This document shows, in pieces, positions 22,903 through 32,080 of a DNA stretch of 64,000 nucleotides. The notes beneath the pieces are model-generated. The model had not been told where the DNA came from and did no database searches. It saw only the letters and a list, made by a program, of their open reading frames with translations. A program made the position numbers and the translations under genes. The stretch covers positions 128,001 to 192,000 of the forward strand of contig CAXNJO010000007.1 of assembly GCA_964202905.1 (NCBI GenBank). The letters are read 5' to 3'. Numbering within the stretch: the stretch's first letter is position 1; each line of letters starts with the position of its first letter. The DNA is from Polyangiales bacterium (lineage in GTDB: Bacteria > Myxococcota_A > Polyangia > Polyangiales > JADJQN01).

Positions 22903-25030
22903 TCAGGGCGCCGCGGGGGGCGCGGCGGGCCGTGGTCTCGGCGGGCGTCGCCGGCGCAGCGGGTGCCGGCGCAGCGGGTGCCGGCGCAGCGGGTGCCGGC
23001 GCAGCGGGTGCCGGCGCAGCGGGTGCCGCGGGCGATACCGACGTCGCGGTCGCCTCGACGATGAACTCGACGCGGCGATTCCGCGCTTGGGCGGCGCGGC
23101 CGCGACCCTGGTCGATCGGGCGGTCCGGGCCAAAGCCCTGCGCCGCGAGGCGCTCGCGCGCGATCCCCTTGCCGACGAGGTAGTCGAGGCAGGCCTGAGC
23201 GCGCCCCTGCGAGAGCGCGACGTTCGCGGTGCGATCGCCGCGGTTGTCCGTGTGACCCTCGATGCGGACGTGGCCGTACGAGGGCTGGTGCTGCAGCACG
23301 GACGCGACGACGTCGAGGATCAGGAACGACTGGCGCCCCTCGATCACCGCGCTGCCCGTGCGGAAGTTCACCTGCTGGAGCAGCGTGATCGTGTTGCCCT
23401 CGACGCGGACGAGCGCGCGCCCATCGGGACAACCGTCATCGTCGTTGTCGCCATTGAGCGTCTCGGCCTCGCGCGGGCAACGGTCGACCGCGTCCGCGAT
23501 GCCGTCGCCGTCGGTGTCCGGGGACTCGTCGGGGCAGCCGTCGTCGTCCTCGAAGCGGTTGAAGTTCTCGGCCTGATCGGGGCACGCGTCCGCGTCGTCG
23601 AGGAGCGTGTCGTTGTCGAAGTCGGTCTCAGGGCAGCCGTCCTCGTCGCCGTAGCCGTCGGTGTCCTCGGCGACATCCGGGCAGCGATCGGTGTCGTCGG
23701 GGATGTTGTCGCGGTCGCGGTCGTTCTCGGGGCAGCCGTCTTCGTCGCGATCGCCATCCATGTCCTCGGGGACGGCGGGGCAGGAGTCGTAGCCGTCCTG
23801 GATGCCGTCACCGTCGTCGTCGCGGTCGGGACAGCCGTCGGTGTCCTCGTGGTTGTCGCGGTCCTCCGCCTCGCCGGGGCAGCGATCGCTCTCGTCGGGG
23901 ATGCCGTCGGAGTCGTTGTCCGCCTCGGGGCAGCCGTCGCCGTCGTCGTAGCCGTCGAGGTCTTCGGCCTCCGCCACGCACGCGTCGTCGCGGTCGATGA
24001 CGCCGTCGCCATCCGAATCGCCGCGGCTCGGCGCCCAGGCCGCCCCGCCGAGGACGCGGAACACGGGGACGCCGACGCCCTGAACGAGGCCGGGGCCGGC
24101 GCCCAGCGTGAAGAAGAAGTCGCCGACCGCGATGCGGCCCGCGAGGCGCGCCTCGAGCGCGTTCTCGTCGACCTCGGCCGTGAACGACGACGCGCCGACG
24201 ACCTCGCCGAGCACGCTGATGAGGGGCGTCACGTCGTAGGCGAGCGCGAGGCCGTAGGTGAGGCGCGGGCCCACCTTCGTCGAGAGGAAGAGCCCCTCCT
24301 CGCGCCAGAAGCCGCCGACGTTCGCGCCGACGTGGAAGCCGTTCTTCACGAACTCGCCGATGACGTGGCCCCCGAAGAGCGGACCCGGGTTGCCGATGAA
24401 GGAGTCTTCGGCGGTGACGCCCGCGAGAGGCACCGTGCCCCACGCGCTCGCGCTCACCGAGAGCCCCTCGCCCGTGCCGAGGATGCGGACCTTCGCGGTG
24501 ATCCGCAGGTCGCCGAGGCCGGCCGAGGAGCCGCCCTGCGTGATGATCTCCGGCAGCGCCCGCATGATCTGGAACGACTCGCCGCTCGAGAAGCTGAGCG
24601 GCAGCACGAGGCCGAGCTGCAGGCGCTCGAAGAGCGTGATCGCGCCCGTGAGGTTCGCCGTCGCGATGAACTCGGTGAGCACGGAGCGCGTCGCGCCCAC
24701 GTCGCAATTCGAGAGGTCGCCGTCCGGGCAGGTCGCGGTGCGCAGGACGAAGGGTTGGTGCGCGTAGTCGATCGTGAGACCGACCGCGGGCGCGAGGTGC
24801 CCGGACGTCTGCGCGCCCTCGACCATGAGGTAATTGCCGCGGCCGGGCGCGGGCGTGAAGTTCTGCGCAGAGACGGGATCACGCGGCGCGGATTGCGCCG
24901 AGGCGCGCGGCGCGACGCCTCCCCAAAGCGCGAGGCCGGCGAGCAGCGTCGCCACGAGCAGGCTCGCCGGGCGGCGCGTGCGGGCCGGGGTGGAAATCGG
25001 AGCGACGAAGAGGTGGAAGTGACGCCGCAT
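22903..25030 (-). CDS. OmpA-family outer membrane protein: N-terminal beta-barrel, six thrombospondin type-3 repeat units, OmpA-C domain (TraB-like architecture)
   Basis: Signal peptide, GLGDLRI, DxDxDGIxDxxDxCP..DGCP x6, IEGHTDNRG..LSQGRA..NRRVEF. A +1 shift near 22930 gives a stop at 22903; the unshifted ORF runs to 22691, overlapping the next gene. Confidence 0.88.
22950..23024 (-). repeat. 5 x 15-bp perfect tandem repeat encoding PAAPA
   Basis: GCCGGCGCAGCGGGT x5 on the + strand. Confidence 0.95.
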
Positions 25031-25193
25031 AGGTCTCCAGACGCGGGTCGACGCAAGGCGCGACCCCGTGAGCGGGGCCAAGGCCCCGGGTACGAGCGGG
25101 GAGAGTATCCACCGACCCGCGTTGGCGCCGCAACGGGGAAACGCGCCGTTCAGACCGATCCGGCGAGGGGGCCGCGCGTGGCGGACCCGACCC

Positions 25194-27626
25194 TCACCAG
25201 GTCGCAGTGCGCGTGGCCGCGATGCCCCGCAGCGAGGCGACCGCCTGCAACCCGAGGCCGACGGGCGCGCCATCGGTCTTCTCGAGGTAGAGGTCGTACC
25301 CGACCGAGAGGCCGAGCCAGCTCGCCAGCGCGAACGTCGCGCCCGCGTGCGCGCGCAGCGACTGGGTGCGCAGGCCTCCGAGCGCGAGTACGTCCCGCAC
25401 GAAGTAGTTCACGTCCGCGTCGAAGGTGATGCCCCGCGTGGCGGCGTCTCCGAGCGTGAACGGCGAGAGCACGAGCTGCGCGCCGAGGCCGGGGTCGAAG
25501 CGTGCCTCGGGCGAGAGCAACTCGTCCTCGACGCCCGCGGAGAGACGCAGCACGAGCGGACGCGCCAGCAGGAAGCTCACGCCGAGGGTCGGGCGCAAGA
25601 GCAGGTGACGCCAGTCGCGCGCGGCGTCGGGGCCGCTCGGCACGGTCAGCTCGGTCTCCGCGTAGAGCCCGAGCGTGGGGCGCGGCTGGTACCAGACCGG
25701 CTCGCGCGCGCCGTCGAACTTCCAGATCGCCGTCGTCTGGAAGACGACGAGGTCGTCGCTCTCCTGGTAGGGCTGCGGGGCCTCTTCGTTGGCCGTCCAC
25801 ACGAGGCGGTATTTGACCGAGCTGGCCGTCGTCCAATGCACCCGCGTCGCGTCGAGCGAGGTCGTCAGCGTGGCCGAGCCGCCGAGTCCCACCGTCCGGT
25901 CCCGCGTGAGCTGCGCGGCGTCGTAGCGGCGCGCGCCGGCCGCGTCGCTCGGGTTCGAGATCGCGGTGCCGCCGAAGGCGAGGTCTACGACGACGCGGGC
26001 TTGCCACTCGGCGGCGTCTTCGGGGCGCGAGACCGTGTCGCGGGCGTCGCCGTCGCGCGGGCGTCCGAGGTGCGTGCGGAGGGCGGAGCGCAGGGTCGCG
26101 CCCCGCAGCGGCGCCCACGCGGGGCCTTCCGGCAGCAGCGCCGCGGCGCCGTCCGCGAGGTACGAGAGCGTCACGACGCGGTACCGGAGGTCGGCCGCGA
26201 CCGGCTGCCCCCCGACCCGCGCCGACCCGTCGACGAGCGTGAGGCCGGCCGCGACGAGCGTCTCCGGGGCGAGGGCCTTCGCGGCCTTTTCGAGCCACGC
26301 GGCGCTGACGTCCGCGACGACGAGGGGGTCGTCGAACAGGGCGGCGAGGTAGACGTCACTCTCGGTGAGCGAGTCGGCGCGAAGCGGCGTGAAGGCGGCA
26401 TCGAAGGCCGAGGTGTTGACGAGGGCGACGTCCGCGCGCGCCTCGTCCCGCACGACGTGCGCGGCGAGCGAGACGAAGGCGGAGGCGTCGAGCGGGCGCG
26501 TGAGCCGACCGCCCGGCAGTGGGTGGCCCCAGCGCGTGCAGTACGCCCGCCCGATCGACGCGATCAACCCCGCGATGCCGCGCGAGGGTGCCGTGGCCGG
26601 AGGGAGCGGGCGCACGTGGAGGTCGGCAGGCTCGCCCTGCGCCGCCGTCGCGCGGACCTGCACGTCGACGGCACCGCCGGCCGGGGCGGCCGCGAGCGCG
26701 GGTGTCACCGAGGGCGGCCGCGCGAAGAGCACCTCGCCCCCACCGCCAGCCGCGAGCAGCAAGTCGGGCCGCGCCTCCGGGGCGAGCGACGCGGCGAGCG
26801 CCAGGGCTGCGCCCGCATCGCGCCCGCTGTCCTCGATCGAGACGACGACGAACGACGCGCCCGCGCGGCGGGCCTCCGGGACGCGCCGGGCGAGGCTCTC
26901 GGCGAGCGGCTCGAGCCGCAGGCCTGCCGCTTTCTCGTGGGAGAGCGTGCCGAGCACCGCGGGGGCGAGGAGCGAGAGGAAGGCCACGCGCACCCCGCCT
27001 GCCGACAACATCGCGGGCGGCTCTGCCGCGTCGATCACCGACGCGCACACCGCGCGCGCCGCGGGGCTGCAGGTGAGGTTCGAGGCGACCACCGGGACGC
27101 CGCGGGCCGCGAGCGCCTCCCACACGCGCAGCGCGGGTGCGCGCGGCGCGCTGAGGTCGGTCGGTCCGACCGCCACCGCGTGGAAGCCCGAGTCCGCGAG
27201 CGCGACCGCGAGGGCCGCGGGCTCTCGCTCGGCGGCGAACGCGGTGACACCGCTCGGCCCGAGCAGCCCGCCCGTGTCCAGCACGATCGCGCCAGCCGCC
27301 CGGGCGGCCTCCGTCGCGCCGAGCACGCGCGCGGCGTCGCTCGACTCGAGATCGCTCGTGGGCGTGCACGCCGGGGTCGCGAGCGCCCCGCGCAGGCGGC
27401 TCGTCGCCACGATGCGCAGGGCGGAGCCGGCGTCCGGCGGGCTGCTGGTCGCGTCCTGTGCCTCGGCGCGCGGTGCGGCCCCGCCGAGCAGCGCGGCGAG
27501 CAGCACTCCGAGCGCCGCGGCGTCGCGGGCGCCCGTGGGGCGCTGGCAAGGGAGGCGGCGGCGACGGAGGCGGGCAGCGGGGCGACCGCGTGACCGGGAG
27601 GGGCGGGGGGCGTCGTGACCGTTCAT
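25194..27626 (-). CDS. Secreted degenerate 5'-nucleotidase-like protein fused to a probable C-terminal beta-barrel
   Basis: Signal peptide (AEAQ); LDTGG, VAVGPTDL, VVASNL, ADVALVN, YRVVTLSYL follow UshA-type 5'-nucleotidase topology. C-terminal ~260 aa have alternating beta-strand patterns. Start uncertain. Confidence 0.6.
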   Translation of the reverse strand: MNGHDAPRPSRSRGRPAARLRRRRLPCQRPTGARDAAALGVLLAALLGGAAPRAEAQDATSSPPDAGSALRIVATSRLRGALATPACTPTSDLESSDAARVLGATEAARAAGAIVLDTGGLLGPSGVTAFAAEREPAALAVALADSGFHAVAVGPTDLSAPRAPALRVWEALAARGVPVVASNLTCSPAARAVCASVIDAAEPPAMLSAGGVRVAFLSLLAPAVLGTLSHEKAAGLRLEPLAESLARRVPEARRAGASFVVVSIEDSGRDAGAALALAASLAPEARPDLLLAAGGGGEVLFARPPSVTPALAAAPAGGAVDVQVRATAAQGEPADLHVRPLPPATAPSRGIAGLIASIGRAYCTRWGHPLPGGRLTRPLDASAFVSLAAHVVRDEARADVALVNTSAFDAAFTPLRADSLTESDVYLAALFDDPLVVADVSAAWLEKAAKALAPETLVAAGLTLVDGSARVGGQPVAADLRYRVVTLSYLADGAAALLPEGPAWAPLRGATLRSALRTHLGRPRDGDARDTVSRPEDAAEWQARVVVDLAFGGTAISNPSDAAGARRYDAAQLTRDRTVGLGGSATLTTSLDATRVHWTTASSVKYRLVWTANEEAPQPYQESDDLVVFQTTAIWKFDGAREPVWYQPRPTLGLYAETELTVPSGPDAARDWRHLLLRPTLGVSFLLARPLVLRLSAGVEDELLSPEARFDPGLGAQLVLSPFTLGDAATRGITFDADVNYFVRDVLALGGLRTQSLRAHAGATFALASWLGLSVGYDLYLEKTDGAPVGLGLQAVASLRGIAATRTATW

Positions 27627-27697
27627 TGCCCACGCGCATCTGCGATCCCGTCCCTCGCGATGTCAAGCGGAGCCGGGCGAGCGGTCGTGGGGCGAGG

Positions 27698-28504
27698 CTA
27701 GAACGCCATCTCGAAGGCGCACTCGAAGTCGAACTGCGTCGCGACCGGGTTGCCCTGCGCGTCGAGCGGCGGCGTGAAGAGCATCTGCGGATCGCGGAAC
27801 ATGCGCCGGCACGCGTCGCCGAAGGCCGCGCGCGAGGCGTTGACGACCCGCACGCTCGTCGCGCGTCCATCGGGGCCGAGCACGACGCGCACCTTGGCCT
27901 CGCCCTCGATGCCCTGCTCACGCTCCTCCCGCGGGAAGTAGCGGTCGAGGATGGCGTCGGCGTTGGCCGGCGGGCGTGGCCCGCGCGACAGATCGGCGGC
28001 GGCGACGATGCGCGGCCCCGCGGGCGCCTGCCCGGTGCCCGTGCCGCCCGGCGCACCCGTCGCGGAGCCCTCGACGCGCCGCCCGGTGGGCGTCCCCGGC
28101 GGGCCGATCGGCCCCTCGCGCGAGACGCCGCTCGAGGCTTGGATCGCGAAGGACGACGGGCCGTCGTTCGTGAGCGTGACGTTGTCGAAGGCGACGGGGG
28201 TCTCCTCGAGGGGTGCGGGCGGCGGTTCGTCGGGGGGCGGTTCCGTCTCGCGCGGCACGGCCGCGGGGCGCGGGGCCGGCGCCTCGGGCTCGGGCGGGGG
28301 AGGCGGCGGCTCCTCGGCGGGCGCCGGCTCGGGCGGGAGGGGCTCGGGCTCCGGCGTCTCGACGACGAACGCGATCTCCGCGCGCTCCTCGCGCGCGAGC
28401 AGCGAGTCTGGGATCGCCCCGAGCGCCAGGAACGCGCCCACGTGCACGCCGACGCTCGCGAAGAGCAGGGCGAACAGAATCAGGGGGCTGCGGTCGTGGC
28501 GCAT
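27698..28504 (-). CDS. tonB: TonB-family energy transducer
   Basis: N-terminal TM helix with SxxxH (SVGVH), Pro-rich linker, YFPREEREQGIEGEAKVRV TonB C-terminal domain. Confidence 0.85.
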   Translation of the reverse strand: MRHDRSPLILFALLFASVGVHVGAFLALGAIPDSLLAREERAEIAFVVETPEPEPLPPEPAPAEEPPPPPPEPEAPAPRPAAVPRETEPPPDEPPPAPLEETPVAFDNVTLTNDGPSSFAIQASSGVSREGPIGPPGTPTGRRVEGSATGAPGGTGTGQAPAGPRIVAAADLSRGPRPPANADAILDRYFPREEREQGIEGEAKVRVVLGPDGRATSVRVVNASRAAFGDACRRMFRDPQMLFTPPLDAQGNPVATQFDFECAFEMAF

Positions 28505-28553
28505 GGGATCTCGGGACCTGGGCTCGGACGCGCGGCGTCGCCAGCCGGTCTGA

Positions 28554-28970
28554 TCAGTTCTGCATGTCCTCGGGGCGAACGTTGATGGCGAACTTCGTCA
28601 CGCCCTCTTCGCGCAGCACCGTGATCACCCGGACGACGCGCATGTACTGGATGCGGCCATCGCCCGCGATGACCGCGCGGAGGTCGTGGTCACGCCCGTA
28701 GGCCGTGCGGATGCCGCGCCGCAGCTCCGTTTCGCTCACGGGGCGCGCGTCGAGGAAGAGGCCGCCACCCTGATCGATCGTGATCGCGAGGGGTGGCGTG
28801 TCGCTCGCCGCGCCCACCGAAGACTGCGGCAGGTCGACCGGGATGGTCTTCGCCGCGAGGTAGTTCGCCGTGACCATGAGGATGATCAGCAGCACGAGCA
28901 CGATGTCGACGAGCGGCGTGACGTTGATCGCCGAGATCATGTCCTCGTCGCCGCCACCTCCGCCCGCCAC
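28554..28970 (-). CDS. exbD: ExbD/TolR biopolymer transport protein
   Basis: INVTPLVDIVLVLLIILMV with conserved TM Asp; IAGD. Confidence 0.93.
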   Translation of the reverse strand: MAGGGGGDEDMISAINVTPLVDIVLVLLIILMVTANYLAAKTIPVDLPQSSVGAASDTPPLAITIDQGGGLFLDARPVSETELRRGIRTAYGRDHDLRAVIAGDGRIQYMRVVRVITVLREEGVTKFAINVRPEDMQN

Positions 28971-28973
28971 GGC

Positions 28974-29621
28974 TCAGGCCTCCCCGCTGGCGCCCGTGCG
29001 CCGCGACTTGAGGAACGCGAGCACGTCGTGACCGAGGGACTCGCCACGCGCGAGCCGGCTCTTGATGATCCGCTGGAAGACGTTGAAGAAGGCGACGGCC
29101 GGGAGCGCGACGAGGATGCCGATGGCCGTCGCGACGAGGGCCTCGCCGATCTCGGCCATCAGGTTCGGCGACACCTGCCCGCCCGCGGCGTCGAGCGCGG
29201 CGAACGCACGGATGATGCCGATGACCGTCCCGAGCAGGCCGAGGAACGGCGCGTTGTTCCCGACGGTGCCGAGGAAGACGAGGTTGCGCTCCATCGCGAG
29301 GCGCGCGAGCTCCTTCTCGCCCTCGATGCGCTCCTCGGCGGCCTCGGCGCCCGCGTCCGGCGCGTCGAGCCCGGCCCCCGCGATGCGCGCCTCGAAGGAG
29401 CGCGAGGCGCCGAGCAGCTTCCGCGCGCCCTCGACGTCCTTCTTGCCGAGCAGGGCGAGCAGCTCGCGCTTGACCCGCGTGGCGTCGTCGCCGGTCGAGA
29501 AGAAGTAGTACGCGCGCTCGAGGACGATCGCGAGGCCGACGACCGAGAGCAGCACCAGCAGCCACATCACCCACGTGGCCCCGAGCATCGCGAAGGCCGT
29601 CAGCCGTTCCTGAATGTCCAT
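28974..29621 (-). CDS. exbB: ExbB/TolQ/MotA proton channel protein
   Basis: APFLGLLGTVIGII, IGEALVATAIGILVALPA. Confidence 0.93.
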   Translation of the reverse strand: MDIQERLTAFAMLGATWVMWLLVLLSVVGLAIVLERAYYFFSTGDDATRVKRELLALLGKKDVEGARKLLGASRSFEARIAGAGLDAPDAGAEAAEERIEGEKELARLAMERNLVFLGTVGNNAPFLGLLGTVIGIIRAFAALDAAGGQVSPNLMAEIGEALVATAIGILVALPAVAFFNVFQRIIKSRLARGESLGHDVLAFLKSRRTGASGEA

Positions 29622-29735
29622 GCATCGTCTCCGCGGACCGAGGCGAGCGAGCGCCGCTCGAGGCGTCGCGGGGTCGGTTCGAGCGCGCGGAGAGTAAGAC
29701 CACGACCGCGCTGCGGCAAGGTTGAGCGACCGCGC

Positions 29736-30836
29736 TCAGGGACCTTCGGGCCCGTCCCGCCCGCCGGCTCCGGCGTCCGCGTCGTCCGCGGCCGAGGGCA
29801 TGTCGGCGGGCTCCTGCTTCGTGATCTCGCGCATCACGACAGTCGCGTACGCGCCCTTCGGAAGGGTGAAGCGGAGCACCACCTCGCCTGCGACGTCGGA
29901 CTCGGCGGACACGTCCGTCGGTCGCACCCGCAGTGGCCGCCGCGTCCCTTCGCCGTCCCGCTCGAAGCGCTCGAGGTCCGCCGCGCCGAGCCCCGCGGCC
30001 TCGAGGACGCGCGCCTCGCGGTCCCGGGCCTCGCGCTCCGGCCAGCGCATCCGCGCGCCGAACATGGGGCCCGTCGCGCTCACCTCGAACGCCGCGACCC
30101 GCGCCGCGGCGTCGGCGAGGTCGTCCGTCGTGAAGAGCCCGCCCGTGTCCTCCTTGCGGAGCAGGTCGCCGTCGACCGCGTCCGCGAGGAGCCCGTCGGT
30201 GACGCGCGCGGCGAGGACCTCGTTGAAGAGCTCCGCCTGCAGCGCGCTCACGAGGAGCTTGCGGCGGAATGGGTCGCGTGGCGGCCGCTCGCCCGCGACG
30301 ATCCAGCGCCGCGCGTCGTCGACGTTTCGGGCGTCGCGTCCGAAGCGCTGCTCGCCGTAGTAGTTCGGGATGCCGTGCGCCGCGAGCCGCGCGAGCACCG
30401 ACCCGACCTCGTGCTCCCGCCCGATCGGCACGTCGCGGACGCGCAGGACGAAGCGGTTGCCCCGCAGGTGCCCCGTGCGGAGCTTGTTGCCGTGCCGCGC
30501 GACGGCGAGGACGCGCACGCCCTCGACCGTCTCGCCGAGCGCCGCGGCCCGCGCGTCGTCACGGCAGGGGACGCTCATCCACTGACGCGTGACGGCGTGC
30601 CGATCCTTGAGCCCGGCGTAGCCGGCGGCGCGCGGCTCGACACCCAGCGCGCGGCAGATGCGGCGGATCGCCTCGGGCGTGGTCAGGCCGCGCTTCTCGA
30701 AGTGCAAATAGAGGTGCTCGCCCGCGCCGGACGGCGCGTACGCCGGCGCTTCGTCGACGACGAAATCCTCGTCGGTGGCCCGGATTCGGCCGGGGATGCC
30801 CGGGAGATCGGCGGTGAGGTGGGGGAGGATCTTCAC
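29736..30836 (-). CDS. truD: tRNA pseudouridine(13) synthase
   Basis: EDFVVDE, GYAGLKDRHAVTRQ, GHLRGNRF, PNYYGEQRFG, FTLPKGAYAT. Confidence 0.95.
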   Translation of the reverse strand: MKILPHLTADLPGIPGRIRATDEDFVVDEAPAYAPSGAGEHLYLHFEKRGLTTPEAIRRICRALGVEPRAAGYAGLKDRHAVTRQWMSVPCRDDARAAALGETVEGVRVLAVARHGNKLRTGHLRGNRFVLRVRDVPIGREHEVGSVLARLAAHGIPNYYGEQRFGRDARNVDDARRWIVAGERPPRDPFRRKLLVSALQAELFNEVLAARVTDGLLADAVDGDLLRKEDTGGLFTTDDLADAAARVAAFEVSATGPMFGARMRWPEREARDREARVLEAAGLGAADLERFERDGEGTRRPLRVRPTDVSAESDVAGEVVLRFTLPKGAYATVVMREITKQEPADMPSAADDADAGAGGRDGPEGP

Positions 30837-30904
30837 GGGGGTAGGCGCTTTCGGGGTAGACGGACGGGGGCCGGGTCCGGTAGACCGTACAAGGGCTGTG
30901 GCGC

Positions 30905-32026
30905 TTGGGGAACGCAAGGCACGAACGCGTCCGCATCGAGGCGACCCGTCTCCTCGAGGCGGGGGTCGCCGGGACGGTGTTTCCGGGCGCGACGGCCTGT
31001 CTCGCCTGGCGGGATGCATCGGGCGCGGCGATCTACGCCGAGGCGTGCGCGGGGCGGCTGCACGAGGGGGCCCCGCGCGTCGAGCCGCGGACGCCCTACG
31101 ATCTCGCGTCGCTCACCAAGCCCTTCCTCGCGACGGCCGCCCTCCGCCTCGTCGCGGGCGGCACCCTCGCGCTCGGCACGCGCGTCGATCTGCTGGTCAG
31201 TGACACGCGCGGGGGGCACGGCGGGGCCGCGACGCTCGAGCAGCTGCTCACGCACCGTTCGGGGCTCGCGGCCTGGGGTGGGCTGTACCTCGACGTCCCG
31301 CACGATCCCGGCACCGCCGCCGCGCGTCGCTGGATCATCGGCGAGGCCTCGCGCCGCCCCGAGGAGGGCGCGCTCGCCACGAAGGGCGCCGCCATTTACA
31401 GCGACCTCGGGTACATCCTCGCGGGCGAGGTGGTCGCGCGCGCGGCGGGGCAGCCCCTCGATCGGGTGATGGCCGCGCAGGTCACCGAGCCGCTCGGGAT
31501 CACCGACGAGGTCTACTTCGCGAGCGCGCTCTCGCCGGAGCGCCGCGCCTCGCTCGTCAAGCGCGCCGCCCCGACGGAGCGTTGCGACTGGCGCGGCCGC
31601 ATCGCGCGCGGCGAGGTCCACGACGAGAACTGCGCGGCCCTCGGCGGCGTGAGCGGGCACGCCGGGCTGTTCGGCAGCGCGCACGGCGTCGCGACGCTCG
31701 GGCGCGCGGTGCTCGACGCGCAGGCGGGTCGCTCCGACTTTCTTCCGCAGGCGCTGCTGCGGGAAGCGCTGGCACCGCGCCCTGGGAGCACGTACCGGCT
31801 CGGCTGGGACGGGAAGAGCGCGGAGGGAAGCACGGCCGGCCGGCGCCTCTCGCCGGAGACCTTCGGGCACCTCGGCTTCACGGGCACGTCGATCTGGTGC
31901 GATCCGACGCGCGACCTCGTCGTCGTGCTCCTGACCAACCGCGTGCACCCGAGCCGGGCCAACGAGCGCATCAAGGGCTTCCGCCCCGCGTTCCACGACG
32001 GCGTCGTGCGCGCCTTCGACGGGTAG
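30905..32026 (+). CDS. Serine hydrolase, beta-lactamase (class C/AmpH-like) family
   Basis: DLASLTK (SxxK), LLTHRSG, YSDLGY, VHDENC, GHAGLF, GHLGFTG, LLTNRVHP. Confidence 0.9.
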   Translation: MGNARHERVRIEATRLLEAGVAGTVFPGATACLAWRDASGAAIYAEACAGRLHEGAPRVEPRTPYDLASLTKPFLATAALRLVAGGTLALGTRVDLLVSDTRGGHGGAATLEQLLTHRSGLAAWGGLYLDVPHDPGTAAARRWIIGEASRRPEEGALATKGAAIYSDLGYILAGEVVARAAGQPLDRVMAAQVTEPLGITDEVYFASALSPERRASLVKRAAPTERCDWRGRIARGEVHDENCAALGGVSGHAGLFGSAHGVATLGRAVLDAQAGRSDFLPQALLREALAPRPGSTYRLGWDGKSAEGSTAGRRLSPETFGHLGFTGTSIWCDPTRDLVVVLLTNRVHPSRANERIKGFRPAFHDGVVRAFDG

Positions 32027-32080
32027 GGACCTGGCGCGCGCGGGTTGAACGCGGCCGCCGGGGCGCGTGCCTGGCCGTGC

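Noticed and set aside
27698..29621. Agl/Glt gliding motor or Tol-Pal operon
   Set aside because: There is a single ExbD/TolR gene and no tolB, pal or glt genes adjacent; it cannot be assigned without a phylogeny.
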